Shown here: piece after piece, positions 10,615 to 20,608 of the stretch
Position numbering within the stretch: the stretch's first letter is position 1
Layout: each line of letters opens with the position of its first letter
From: Candidatus Binataceae bacterium
GTDB taxonomy: Bacteria; Desulfobacterota; Binatia; Binatales; Binataceae
DNA: 64,000 bases
Assembly: GCA_035533435.1 (NCBI GenBank)
Contig: DATLTX010000058.1
Location: 27 to 64,026, forward strand
Direction: 5' to 3'
The notes under the pieces: model-generated
Told to the model about the DNA's origin: nothing
Seen by the model: only the letters and a program-made list of their open reading frames with translations
Database searches by the model: none
Program-made: the position numbers and the translations under genes

Positions 10615-10706
10615 TGTTCCAGGCCTCCTGCGATTGCTTCTACTATCAAGTCAGATGTGAAATAGCATTTCCAGCCACTGGCAGTCTTGCGCTAAAGTGC
10701 CATTAG

Positions 10707-11480
10707 ATGACGAAAAAGCGCCATTGGTTCTTTGATGCAGTCAAGTATCAGGTCCGCGCTGGAACCGTGCCCGAATACGCCAACGGGCGGGTGATCAGGA
10801 CGCATTCGCATCCTTGGCATCAGCTCGTTTACGCGTCGCGGGGCGTGATGACGGTGCGGACCCCGGATGGCGCCTGGGTGGTGCCGCCGCATCGCGGGGT
10901 GTGGGTTCCCGCGCACACGCGCCACTCGATCCAGATGTCGGGCGCGGTGTCGATGCGGACGCTTTATCTGGTGCCGCGCCTGGGTGCTTCGATTCCCAAC
11001 CGATGCCGGGTCGTCGGCATCTCACCGCTGGTTCGGGAGTTGATCCTCCGCATCGTCGAGGTGGACAGCCTGAGCCTTCGCAATCCGGCACACGCGCGGC
11101 TGGTGTCGGTGCTGCTGGATCATTTGCATCCGATGGAGTTGCGGGCATTCCACCTTCCGCTTCCGCGCGACGCGCGCGCGAAACGAATCGCGGCGTTGCT
11201 TCAGGAACTGCCGTGCGACGCGCGATCCCTCGAAGAGCTGTCGAGCGTCGCCGGCGCCAGCAAGCGCACCATCGAACGGCTGTTTTCCCTCGAAACCGGG
11301 CTGGGATTCGGAAAATGGCGGCAGCAGCTCCGGCTGGGACACGCGCTCAGACTGCTGGCGGCGGGCGATGCGGTAACCAACGTTGCGCTCGATGTCGGCT
11401 ACGAGAGCACGAGCGCCTTCATCTCGGCCTTCCGGATGAGCTTCGGACAGACGCCTGGGCAATATTTCCGCGCGCCATGA
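10707..11480 (+). CDS. AraC family transcriptional regulator (cupin sensor + HTH)
   Basis: N-terminal cupin-like region with His-rich motifs. C-terminal dual AraC HTH (SLEELSSVAGASKRTIERLF ... AFISAFRMSFGQTPGQY). Confidence 0.8.
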   Translation: MTKKRHWFFDAVKYQVRAGTVPEYANGRVIRTHSHPWHQLVYASRGVMTVRTPDGAWVVPPHRGVWVPAHTRHSIQMSGAVSMRTLYLVPRLGASIPNRCRVVGISPLVRELILRIVEVDSLSLRNPAHARLVSVLLDHLHPMELRAFHLPLPRDARAKRIAALLQELPCDARSLEELSSVAGASKRTIERLFSLETGLGFGKWRQQLRLGHALRLLAAGDAVTNVALDVGYESTSAFISAFRMSFGQTPGQYFRAP

Positions 11481-11596
11481 ATAATACCGCGAATTTCAAA
11501 CCTGGCTGCTGGATACGCTTGCGCCGAATCGGCATTATGTAGCTTCGGAAGTCACGCTGATCTCGGCAGTCTTGGGCGCGAGGCGCGCCACCGGCC

Positions 11597-14104
11597 TTGC
11601 GGAAGTTCGAGCGCCGAGATGGCTTTTTTCGAGGTTGCGCAAGGATTAACGCAGGCATGGCCGCTCCTTCACTATCCGAAGCCAATAGCAACCTGTTCAA
11701 CGAGCTGATCGAGCATCACATCCGCTTCACCCTGGCGAAGCGGCGCATCGAGCTGACCAAGCACGATTGGTATCGCGCCACGGCGCTGGTGGTGCGCGAC
11801 ATACTGATCGAAAAGATGCTCGCAACCAGCAGGCGCTTCGCGCAGCATCGCTCGAAGAAGCTCTACTACCTTTCGCTCGAGTTTCTGATCGGGCGCTCGC
11901 TCGAGAATAATTTGTTCAATCTCGGCATCATCGATACCTGCCGCGATTTTCTGGCTGAAAACGGACTCGACCTGCAGAACTTGTTTGACGAAGAGCCCGA
12001 CGCGGCGCTCGGCAATGGCGGCCTAGGCCGTCTGGCCGCGTGCTTTCTGGATTCGCTCGCAACCCGCGACCTGCCGGGTTACGCCTACGGAATCAACTAC
12101 GAGTACGGACTGTTCCGGCAGGAGATCCGCGGCGGCTATCAGGTCGAACGGCCCGACGCGTGGCAGCGCGAGACCTCGCCGTGGATGCTGGCGCGGCCGG
12201 AGGAGCATTGCCGGATTCCGGTTTACGGCCGTATCGAGCATCAAATCGACCGCGGCGGCGAGTACGTGCCCGCGTGGGTGGATCAGCGCATCATCGTCGG
12301 CGTGCCGTCGGATTTGCCGATCGCGGGCTTCGGCGGGCGCACGGTCAACTTTGTCCGGCTCTACTCGGCGCACGCCTCGGACGAGTTCGACATGCAGATC
12401 TTCAACGCCGGCGATTATATGAAAGCGGTCGAACAGAAGATGCTCTCCGAGACCATCTCGAAGGTCCTCTACCCATCCGACGCGGTCGCGGCGGGACGCG
12501 AGCTCCGGCTCCTGCAGGAGTACTTCTTCGTGGCCTGCGCGGTGCGCGACATCGTGAGCGCGTTTCTGGGCCGTGGCGAGGACTTGATCGATTTTCCCGC
12601 GCGAGTGGCTATTCAACTCAACGACACGCATCCATCACTGACTATTGCCGAGCTGATGCGCACTTTTATCGATGACTATGATCTCCCGTGGGCCGTCGCC
12701 TGGGATATCACCCGCTCCGCGGTCGCATATACCAATCACACCCTGATGCCGGAGGCGCTCGAGCGATGGCCGGTGGATCTGCTCGGGCGCGTCGTCCCGC
12801 GCCATCTGCAAATCATCTACGAGATCAACCGCCGGTTTCTGGCCGACGCCGAAGCGCGATGGCCCGGCGATGCGGAGAGGTTGAAGCGGGTTTCGATTGT
12901 CGAGGATGGCCGCGAGAATCAGGTCCGGATGGCGCATCTCGCGATCGTCGGCAGCCATTCGGTCAACGGCGTATCGAAACTCCATTCTGAGCTGGTGCGG
13001 ACCCGGCTGGTGCCGGATTTCTACCAGATGTGGCCTGAGCGCTTCAGCAACAAGACCAACGGCGTCACCCAGCGCCGCTGGCTGCTGATGGCGAATCCGG
13101 GGCTCGCGAGCCTGCTCGACGCGTCGATCGGCGCGGGCTGGGTGACCGACCTCGAGCGGCTGCGCGCGGTCGAACGATTTGCCGGCGACAGCGAGTTCCA
13201 GCAAAGCTTCATCGCGATCAAGCGCGCCAACAAGGAGCGGCTCGCCCGGATTGTGAATCGAATCGCCGCCGTGGACTTCGATCCGGCTGCGATTTTCGAT
13301 ATCCAAGCCAAGCGAATTCACGAATACAAGCGGCAATTGCTGATGGCGCTCGGGATCGTGCACGAATATCTGCGCATCGTGGACGACGGCGTGGAAGCGC
13401 CGGCGCCGCGCGCCTATATTCTAGCGGGGAAAGCGGCGCCCGGTTATTGGGCCGCCAAGATGATTATCAAGTTGATCACCAGCCTCGGCGACACAATCAA
13501 TAGCGATCCTAAAGCCCGCGAACTGATCAAGGTGGCCTTTCTGCCGGACTATCGCGTCTCCCTGGCGGAGAAAATCATCCCGGCCGCCGACGTCTCGGAA
13601 CAGATTTCGACCGCCGGCCGCGAAGCCTCGGGCACCGGCAACATGAAATTCGCGCTCAACGGCGCGCTCACGATCGGAACCCTCGACGGCGCAAATATCG
13701 AAATTCGCGAAGCGGTAGGCGCCGAAAATATATTCATTTTCGGGCTGACCGCCGAACAGATAGAATCGGCGACCCTGAGAAATGAGTATCGGCCGCGTGA
13801 TTACTACGAATCCGATCCGCGGCTCAAACGGGTATTGGATGAACTCGCTTCCGATCGCTTCTGTCCGGGCGAGCCGGGGCTGTTCCGATGGGTTCGCGAT
13901 GCGCTGCTGAGCCGCGACGAATATTTTCTGATGGCCGATTTCGCTTCCTATATTGATACTCAGTCGGCAATATCGGAGCAGTATCAGGACCGCGAGCTAT
14001 GGAACCGCAAGGCTATTCTGAACCTCGCGCGAATCGGGCGATTTTCCAGCGACCGGGCGGTGGCGGAGTACGCGCGGGATATCTGGCGGATCACTCCAGC
14101 GTAA
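11597..14104 (+). CDS. glgP: glycogen/alpha-glucan phosphorylase (GT35)
   Basis: Pyridoxal-phosphate Lys motif EASGTGNMKFALNGALTIGTLDGANIEI and a conserved GT35 core. The start may instead be Met at 11657 (MAAPSLSE). Confidence 0.9.
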   Translation: MRKFERRDGFFRGCARINAGMAAPSLSEANSNLFNELIEHHIRFTLAKRRIELTKHDWYRATALVVRDILIEKMLATSRRFAQHRSKKLYYLSLEFLIGRSLENNLFNLGIIDTCRDFLAENGLDLQNLFDEEPDAALGNGGLGRLAACFLDSLATRDLPGYAYGINYEYGLFRQEIRGGYQVERPDAWQRETSPWMLARPEEHCRIPVYGRIEHQIDRGGEYVPAWVDQRIIVGVPSDLPIAGFGGRTVNFVRLYSAHASDEFDMQIFNAGDYMKAVEQKMLSETISKVLYPSDAVAAGRELRLLQEYFFVACAVRDIVSAFLGRGEDLIDFPARVAIQLNDTHPSLTIAELMRTFIDDYDLPWAVAWDITRSAVAYTNHTLMPEALERWPVDLLGRVVPRHLQIIYEINRRFLADAEARWPGDAERLKRVSIVEDGRENQVRMAHLAIVGSHSVNGVSKLHSELVRTRLVPDFYQMWPERFSNKTNGVTQRRWLLMANPGLASLLDASIGAGWVTDLERLRAVERFAGDSEFQQSFIAIKRANKERLARIVNRIAAVDFDPAAIFDIQAKRIHEYKRQLLMALGIVHEYLRIVDDGVEAPAPRAYILAGKAAPGYWAAKMIIKLITSLGDTINSDPKARELIKVAFLPDYRVSLAEKIIPAADVSEQISTAGREASGTGNMKFALNGALTIGTLDGANIEIREAVGAENIFIFGLTAEQIESATLRNEYRPRDYYESDPRLKRVLDELASDRFCPGEPGLFRWVRDALLSRDEYFLMADFASYIDTQSAISEQYQDRELWNRKAILNLARIGRFSSDRAVAEYARDIWRITPA

Positions 14105-14148
14105 TCGCGCTTCGGCGCGTCCGCTGGCGCGGCCCCTCAATAGTCACT

Positions 14149-14889
14149 TCAGCCGGAAAGCGGAGGAGCGACGTGCGCCTCGGGATAGAATGCCTGCGCA
14201 AATGACGGGCGGGCTTGTATTCGCTCGTACCAGTCCTGAAAGTGCGCCAGCCCCTCCCATACACTCTCGATCCGAAGGTCCGACATCCGGACGATTGTCG
14301 GCAATACGCACAGGTCGGCAAGCGAGATCTGCCCACCAGCCAGCCAGCGCGACTCGCCCCCGACCGCGGCGTCAATCCGCTCGACCGTCTGGCGCAGCCG
14401 CTCGAGCGATTCGTCCATCTGCTCCTTCGAAAAGCCCGCGGTCCCGAACCCGCGGTAATGGCCCTTGCGCAGCGGCGTCGCGGCGATATAGCGCGCCCGC
14501 GCCTGCTCGCTCATCGCGCTCCATCCGGCCAGGAACAGCCGGTTGAACGACGGGATTCGGATCGAGGCGGTCGGAACTTCCTCTATGTAGCGCAGCCACG
14601 CGCGCACCTTCGCGCGTCCGTACGGCGTCGCGGGCATCAGGCTGGTTCCCTGACGCGGGGCGATCTCTTCCAGGTATTCGCAGATCACCGAGGAATCGAT
14701 TACCGGGCGTCCGTCATCGACGAGCGTCGGCACCACGCCGTTGGGATTGAGTTTCAGGTAGGACGGCGACAGATGCGCGCCCGTGGCAAAATCGATCGCA
14801 TGGCCAGTCCAGGCGAGGCCTTTTTCGGCCAGGCACAGGCGCACCTTCTGGCTGCACGTTGAAATGTGCGCATGATAAAGCTCGAGCAT
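14149..14889 (-). CDS. glutathione S-transferase family protein
   Basis: N-terminal thioredoxin-like GST domain (LELYHAHISTCSQKVRLCLAEKGL...NPNGVVPTLVDDG) and a C-terminal helical domain. Confidence 0.75.
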   Translation of the reverse strand: MLELYHAHISTCSQKVRLCLAEKGLAWTGHAIDFATGAHLSPSYLKLNPNGVVPTLVDDGRPVIDSSVICEYLEEIAPRQGTSLMPATPYGRAKVRAWLRYIEEVPTASIRIPSFNRLFLAGWSAMSEQARARYIAATPLRKGHYRGFGTAGFSKEQMDESLERLRQTVERIDAAVGGESRWLAGGQISLADLCVLPTIVRMSDLRIESVWEGLAHFQDWYERIQARPSFAQAFYPEAHVAPPLSG

Positions 14890-14943
14890 CGTGTCCTCCG
14901 CATTTCCTCGCCGGCGATGGCGCGAATCGTTGCGGACGGGTCC

Positions 14944-16125
14944 CTAAAGGTTCCGGGCCTCGGGAAATATCCGCAGGAAATTCTCGGAATAGAATCCACT
15001 GCGTATCTGTTCGGAACGATTTCCGAGCGCGGTCTCGAAACGCGCAATCGGATTTCGCCCGCCTTCCGTATGAGGATAGTCACTCGAAAATAGATACAAC
15101 TCCGGATTTGACTGGTCGATCAGGCTGCCCACGTCCTCAAAGACAAAAGGAGTAAACGCCATCTGCCGCGTGAGCTGTTCGGACGGACTGCGCGTGAACC
15201 GCGCCAGGTTGGCGTCGGTTTTGCGCCAGTGCCGCACTACCCAGTCCAGGCGTACCAGCAGCGACGGCACCCATCCGGCGCCCAGTTCGACGCCGGCGCC
15301 GCGCAGATTCGGAAAGCGCTCGAAGACGCCGTCGATTAGCATCATCGACAGGAACGTCTCCGGCCCCTGATGCAGCACGGCGACATCCTTGGTGCGCAGA
15401 TTCTCGCCGCCGCCCATCCAGTCCCTGGTCGGCGCCCTGCCATTGTTCATCCACGCCTTGGCGAGCTGGAGCGGCGACCCGCCAACGTGCAGAACGAACG
15501 GCGTGCCCGACTCGGCAAGCGTTGCCCAGAAGCGATCGAAGGCGACATGGCCGGGCGACTTGTCGGCGCAGGGGCGATGCGGAATCCAAACGGCTTTCAA
15601 TCCGCACTTGAGCGCAAAGTTGAGTTCCTCGAGCGCTAGGTCCGGCTCGTCCAGCGGCACGATCGCGACGCCCAGCAGGCGACTGTCGCGCGAGCAGAAG
15701 TCGGCCATGTGCCGGTTGTGGGCGCGGGTTGCGCCGTAACGAAGCCGCGGCAATAGCTTCGAACTGGGCGAAAACGGCATCGCGACGCTGTGCGTGGCGA
15801 ACACGAGCTGGCTGCGGAAGCCCAGCATGTCGAGCGCGATCGAACGTTCGGGGCTGTCGAAGGCGCCCAATGCCTGAATCTCCTTGGCACGCTCGATCAA
15901 GCGATCGCCCAGACCCAGCAGCTCGGCGACATGCGCCTGGCTGTGGCGGCCGCCGCGGGCCATGATCTCGGCGACTTCCTCATCGGTGACAATCGAAGCG
16001 CTGTAGCTCACCGCCGGAAGCTCCTCGCGCAGTTCCGGATCGGCGTAGCGCTTGAGAAAATCCGGCAGCTCCATGATATGGCTATCGGCGTCGTAATAAG
16101 GCCGGTTGTCGGGTGCGTAGGCCAT
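14944..16125 (-). CDS. amidohydrolase-2 family metal-dependent hydrolase
   Basis: TIM-barrel amidohydrolase pattern (DADSH...H...D). Start corrected to the internal ATG at 16125, which is preceded by GGAGG-N8. The ORF-track start at 16176 lacks an RBS. Confidence 0.7.
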   Translation of the reverse strand: MAYAPDNRPYYDADSHIMELPDFLKRYADPELREELPAVSYSASIVTDEEVAEIMARGGRHSQAHVAELLGLGDRLIERAKEIQALGAFDSPERSIALDMLGFRSQLVFATHSVAMPFSPSSKLLPRLRYGATRAHNRHMADFCSRDSRLLGVAIVPLDEPDLALEELNFALKCGLKAVWIPHRPCADKSPGHVAFDRFWATLAESGTPFVLHVGGSPLQLAKAWMNNGRAPTRDWMGGGENLRTKDVAVLHQGPETFLSMMLIDGVFERFPNLRGAGVELGAGWVPSLLVRLDWVVRHWRKTDANLARFTRSPSEQLTRQMAFTPFVFEDVGSLIDQSNPELYLFSSDYPHTEGGRNPIARFETALGNRSEQIRSGFYSENFLRIFPEARNL

Positions 16126-16234
16126 CGCGCTACCTCCGGGCCCAAATCGCGGTGGGCGTCTCGGCGCCCGATTCAATCACTATCGCTCCGATCCGTCCAC
16201 TTGGCCGGCCGCCGGCGGCGCGCGGCGCGAGCCT

Positions 16235-17092
16235 TTAGCGGCGCTTCATCGCCTCGAATCCGCCGATCAGCTCCAGCACCTCAGTGGTGACCGCCTCCTG
16301 ACGCATCCGGCGCATGGTCCGATTGAGCTCCTTGGCTTTGTTGTCGATATTTTCGTGCGCCGCGTCCATCGTGCGAAACCGCGCCGCGTTCTCGCTTGCA
16401 AACGAATCCATGGCTCCCGCCTCGAGCATCGCGAACATATATTCCGCGGCGAGTTCGTCGAACAGGCGACGCGGGCTCAAGTTCACAATTGGCGGTAATC
16501 CGGGATGATTCGCTTCGACGGCCGGCGCTTCCAGGGGAAGTAGTTTCAGGCGATTGAGACTGGCGCGCTGCCCAGTTGCTTCGCGGGTGAAGATCATCTC
16601 GACGCTGGTCAACGCCTGCGCCATAAACCTGCGATACAACTCGGCGGCGACCTTGCGCGCAACCGCGGTGACCCCGCCGCTATGCGTCGCCATCGAAAGA
16701 GTGAGAGCCGGGCGCAGCCCGCGCTCAGAGGCTCGCTGGGCGCCGCGTGTGCCGACGAAGATGAGTTGAAGGTTCCGCTGGCTCTTTGCGGCGTCGGCGG
16801 CGGCGCGGATCAGCGGATCATTGAAGGACCCGCAAAATCCGTGTTCGGAGCAGAAAACCACAAGCCCGGGCCGGCGCGGATTGCCGACGGCCGAGCCGTC
16901 ACCGTCTTCGGGAAGCAGCGTGGCAGCTTCGGCCAGCGCGCGGCGAATTATTTCGGCGTAGTCGCGAATCGCATCTAGCGAGCGCTGGCTTTGCTGCATT
17001 TGCACCGCGGCGATAGCGCGCAGCGCCGCAACAATCTCCAGCAGCTCATTGAGCGAACCTATTTGCTCGGTGATTTCCTGTGCTCGCGCCAT
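16235..17092 (-). CDS. atpG: ATP synthase gamma subunit (N-ATPase operon)
   Basis: Gamma-subunit N- and C-terminal coiled-coil helices. Last gene of the atpDCQRBEFAG cluster. Confidence 0.9.
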   Translation of the reverse strand: MARAQEITEQIGSLNELLEIVAALRAIAAVQMQQSQRSLDAIRDYAEIIRRALAEAATLLPEDGDGSAVGNPRRPGLVVFCSEHGFCGSFNDPLIRAAADAAKSQRNLQLIFVGTRGAQRASERGLRPALTLSMATHSGGVTAVARKVAAELYRRFMAQALTSVEMIFTREATGQRASLNRLKLLPLEAPAVEANHPGLPPIVNLSPRRLFDELAAEYMFAMLEAGAMDSFASENAARFRTMDAAHENIDNKAKELNRTMRRMRQEAVTTEVLELIGGFEAMKRR

Positions 17093-17101
17093 CGAGGTCA
17101 G

Positions 17102-18655
17102 CTACCCCGCCGCAGCGCCGGCGGCGCCGCTGACCTGCGCGACCAATGCCGCCATCGAACGTTTCAACGCCGCCCGCGTCGCCCCGTCGAGTTCACCGGT
17201 CGATCTGATTCGTTCGATCGCCGCGGCGGCGTTTTCGCCGAGCCACTGGGCAAGCGAGTTGCGCAGCCCCGCCACCTTCTCCAGGGGCAACGAATCGAGC
17301 ATTCCCTCGCCGAGCGCGAGCAGCAGCGCCACCTGATGCGGCATCGCAAGCCCGGAACACTGCGGTTGGGTGAGCACGGCCCGGATCCGGCGGCCATGTT
17401 CGATTATGCGGTGCGTGCGGTCGTCCACCATCCCGCCGAAGCGGGTAAAGATTTCCAGTTCGAGGAACTGGGTGTATTCGAGGCGCAAATTTTCCGCCAG
17501 CTCACGCATCGCGGGCGCCTGGGTTTTGCCGCCAACGCGAGAGACGCTCTTGCCAACATTGATGGCGGGTTTTTGGCCCTCCTGGAACAGGCGCGGCTCC
17601 AGGACAATCTGGCCGTCGGTAATCGAAATGAGGTTGGTCGGAATGTAAGCCGAGATATTGCCCTCCTCGGTCGCGGCAATCGGCAGCGCCGTCAGCGAGC
17701 CGCCGCCGCGCTCATGGCTCAACCTGGCCGCGCGTTCGAGCAGGCGGGAATGAATGTAGAAGATATCGCCCGGATAGGCTTCACGCCCCGGCGGATTCCT
17801 CAGCAGCAATGAAAGCTGGCGGTAGATGACCGCATGGCTGGTCAGGTCGTCGATGACCAGGAGCGCGTCGCCGCCGCGTTCGCTGAAATACTCCGCCATC
17901 GTGCAGGCCGCGTACGGCGCGAGCCATTGCAGTCCGGGAGGATCATCCGAAGCGGCGACGACAAAGATGCATCGCTCGGGCGCGCCGAAACGGCGCACGG
18001 TTTCAATCACCTGGGTGACGGAAGAGGTCTTCTGCCCGACTGCGCAGTACACGCAGATCACGCCGGAATCGCGCTGGTTGACGATTGTATCGACGGCGAT
18101 CGCGGTCTTGCCGGTTTCGCGGTCGCCGATTATCAACTCGCGCTGACCCCGCCCCAACGCCAGCATCGAATCGATCGCGACCAGGCCGGTCTGGAGCGCC
18201 TGGCTGACGAGATCGCGCTCGATGATGCCAGGGGCGGGCCGTTCGACGGGTTCGAAACCTTTTTGGGCTAGTTCCGCGCCGCCATCGAGCGGTATTCCAA
18301 GTGGGTTGACCACGCGCCCGAGGAGCATCTCGCCAACTGGCACGCTGGCCACCAAACCCGTTCCATGCACGCGATTGCCGGCGGCAATTTCTTCCGCCGG
18401 ACCCAGCATCGCACAACCGATCAGTCCCGGATCGAGCGCGAGCACCATCGCGGTCACGGGTTCGCCACCGCCTTTGCGCTCGAATAGCAGCAGTTCATTG
18501 AGCCGCGCTCGTGGCAGGCCGGAGACGGTCGCGACGTCGTCGCCGATACTCTCGACGCGGCCGAGCATATCGAGCGCGGGTCCTGGCTTAAGCCGCTCGA
18601 CGCGCCGCACGGCTTCATCGAGCTTTAGCGCCAGGTTCTCAGCCAGGGTGCTCAT
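17102..18655 (-). CDS. atpA: ATP synthase alpha subunit
   Basis: Walker A GDRETGKTAIAV and an alpha-type catalytic core. 517 aa. Confidence 0.95.
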   Translation of the reverse strand: MSTLAENLALKLDEAVRRVERLKPGPALDMLGRVESIGDDVATVSGLPRARLNELLLFERKGGGEPVTAMVLALDPGLIGCAMLGPAEEIAAGNRVHGTGLVASVPVGEMLLGRVVNPLGIPLDGGAELAQKGFEPVERPAPGIIERDLVSQALQTGLVAIDSMLALGRGQRELIIGDRETGKTAIAVDTIVNQRDSGVICVYCAVGQKTSSVTQVIETVRRFGAPERCIFVVAASDDPPGLQWLAPYAACTMAEYFSERGGDALLVIDDLTSHAVIYRQLSLLLRNPPGREAYPGDIFYIHSRLLERAARLSHERGGGSLTALPIAATEEGNISAYIPTNLISITDGQIVLEPRLFQEGQKPAINVGKSVSRVGGKTQAPAMRELAENLRLEYTQFLELEIFTRFGGMVDDRTHRIIEHGRRIRAVLTQPQCSGLAMPHQVALLLALGEGMLDSLPLEKVAGLRNSLAQWLGENAAAAIERIRSTGELDGATRAALKRSMAALVAQVSGAAGAAAG

Positions 18656-19397
18656 TGTGATTCAAATCCCGTTGCGCATCGGCCAGAGTGTCGCGCCAAC
18701 TGAAGCGAAGGATCGCGTGAGGGAAGCCGAGTTCCGCGCCGGCAATAAGCTCCTTGTCGGTGGCAAAAGCAATTTGCGCGCGGGCGCCGAGTCGTTCGCC
18801 AAGCGTTGCGCGCCATTTGGATTCGGCGTCGGAGCTGAGCGGATGCGCGGTTGTGACGAGCAAACGCGCGCCGTCGCGTCCGAACTCGCCGAGCAATGCT
18901 GTACGCTCGGCCGCGGATAGATGATCCAGATGGTCGAGCACGCGGTCGAGGAATAGTTCTTCGAGGCGCGGCGCCGAAAATTGCTCGAGCAGGCGCTGCG
19001 CGAGCCGGACCGCAATTTGTATCGATCGCGCGAACACCTCGCGAGCGGCGGTTTCCCGCTCTTCGTCCACACGGGTCCGGGCGGCGGCTTTGAGTTTTTC
19101 GATATCGGCGCGCGCGTCTTCGATCATCCTGGCCCGTTCATCGCCAATCTGTGCGCGCGCCCGATCGATAATCTCCTGGCGCCCGGCTTCGATTTCGGCT
19201 TGGCGCGACTCGAAATCCTTGCGCGCCTGTTCGGCGCGCTGGCGCAGGCTCTCGGCGTCGGCCAGCGCGCGCGAAATCTCATCCTTGCGCTGAGCGATAA
19301 TCGCGGCGACCGGCTTGAACAGAAAGCGCTTGAGCAGCCACACCAGAACCAGAAAATTGACCGCCTGGAGCGCGAATGTGGTCCAGCTAAACGACAT
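18639..19397 (-). CDS. atpF: ATP synthase subunit b, long form with delta-like C-terminal region
   Basis: Single N-terminal TM followed by a long charged coiled coil. At 252 aa it is about 90 aa longer than canonical b. No separate atpH gene is present. Confidence 0.8.
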   Translation of the reverse strand: MSFSWTTFALQAVNFLVLVWLLKRFLFKPVAAIIAQRKDEISRALADAESLRQRAEQARKDFESRQAEIEAGRQEIIDRARAQIGDERARMIEDARADIEKLKAAARTRVDEERETAAREVFARSIQIAVRLAQRLLEQFSAPRLEELFLDRVLDHLDHLSAAERTALLGEFGRDGARLLVTTAHPLSSDAESKWRATLGERLGARAQIAFATDKELIAGAELGFPHAILRFSWRDTLADAQRDLNHNEHPG

Positions 19398-19642
19398 CAG
19401 CGTGTTGCGTATGGATTGGCGAACAGCAGCAGCAGAGCCACCACGAGGCAGTAAATCGCCATCGTTTCGATCATCGCAAGTCCGACAAACAGCGTGCGCG
19501 ACAGCGCGCCGGCCGATTCCGGCTGCCTTGCGATACCGTCCATCGCGGCGGCAATCGCGCGCCCTTCCGCCAGCGCCGGGCTGATCGACCCGACCACCAC
19601 GGCCAGCACGGCGCCAATTATGCTTATCATCTGCACGGTCAT
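19397..19642 (-). CDS. atpE: ATP synthase subunit c (two membrane carboxylates)
   Basis: 81-aa helical hairpin with the ARQPE loop. Glu is present in helix 2 (MIETMAIY) and also at the helix-1 position equivalent to Gln32 of Na+-binding c subunits. The start is an ATG preceded by GGAGG; the ORF-track start is too far upstream. Confidence 0.8.
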   Translation of the reverse strand: MTVQMISIIGAVLAVVVGSISPALAEGRAIAAAMDGIARQPESAGALSRTLFVGLAMIETMAIYCLVVALLLLFANPYATR

Positions 19643-19658
19643 ACCTGATCCTCCCTGA

Positions 19659-20327
19659 CTACTTCTCGATCGAACCGACGGCGCCGCCGATATAGACCGC
19701 GGCCAGCACCGTGAATATGTAGGCCTGCACCAGCCCGACCAGTATTTCGAACGCCATGAATGGAATCGGCACCAGCAGCCCGGCCAGCGCCACAACTATC
19801 GCGATTACCAGTTCGTCGCTCATGATGTTGCCGAACAGCCGCATCATCAAGGAGAACGAGCGGGTGAATTCAGAAAGTATGTTTAGCGGCAGGAGCATCG
19901 GGTTGGGTCTCAGATAGCCCTTGAGATAGCCACCGAGTCCGTGAAGCTTCACGCCGAAAACGTGCACCGAAAAAAAGACAATCGTAGTCAGCGCCGCCGG
20001 AGTTTCGAGCGAAGCGGTGGGCGCGCGGACCCCGGGCAGAATTCCCGAGAGATTGGCAACCACAAGGAAAATGAACAACGTTCCCAGCATCGGCAGAAAT
20101 TCCGACGGATCGTGATTGACTATTCCCCGAACCTGTTCCTCGATCTCCGTCACCAGCGTTTCAAGCATCGCCTGGAGACTATTTGGAACCACGCGCAAAT
20201 GACGTGTCGCGAGACGGCAGGCGATCGCGAGCGCCGCTATCAGCACCCAAGTCGTTACCACGGGACCGGTAATGATAACCGGACCGATATGAAACACGAC
20301 GGCTACTTCGAGCGGAGAACGACTCAT
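19659..20327 (-). CDS. atpB: ATP synthase subunit a
   Basis: Five-TM a-subunit with the conserved Arg in the penultimate helix (LSEFTRSFSLMMRLFGNI). Start corrected to the internal Met (MSRSPLEV), which overlaps the atpR stop as ATGA. Confidence 0.8.
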   Translation of the reverse strand: MSRSPLEVAVVFHIGPVIITGPVVTTWVLIAALAIACRLATRHLRVVPNSLQAMLETLVTEIEEQVRGIVNHDPSEFLPMLGTLFIFLVVANLSGILPGVRAPTASLETPAALTTIVFFSVHVFGVKLHGLGGYLKGYLRPNPMLLPLNILSEFTRSFSLMMRLFGNIMSDELVIAIVVALAGLLVPIPFMAFEILVGLVQAYIFTVLAAVYIGGAVGSIEK

Positions 20328-20608
20328 CGCACCGCCTCTGTCGCCGAAGCTTTTGCGCGAACGGCGAAGACCCTCGCCAACTGGAGCCCGGCCGCAACGC
20401 AAAGCAGAGGAGCCGCGCCGAATCTGGCGACCCCGGCCAATCCGGCGGCGACGCCGAATAGGCGCAGCGCGTGAATTGGCGCCGCAAGGCGAGATTGGGC
20501 GCTCCCGCAGTAGAGCCGAACGTTCCATTCGAGCGCGCCGAAGAATGCCGCACCGAGCGCCGTTCCCAGGACGAGAAAAAACCCCAGTTTGAGCCCCGCG
20601 ATATTCAT
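20324..20608 (-). CDS. atpR: N-ATPase-specific small membrane protein AtpR
   Basis: 94-aa protein with 3 predicted TMs and membrane-embedded Arg residues. Its position between atpQ and atpB is diagnostic of N-type ATPase operons. Confidence 0.55.
   Translation of the reverse strand: MNIAGLKLGFFLVLGTALGAAFFGALEWNVRLYCGSAQSRLAAPIHALRLFGVAAGLAGVARFGAAPLLCVAAGLQLARVFAVRAKASATEAVR

Noticed and set aside
11530-11560. TGGCTGCTGGATACGCTTGC upstream of glgP, a sigma54-like sequence.
   Set aside because: The GG to GC spacing is 11 (or the -12 element is displaced), not the obligatory 10, so it is not counted.
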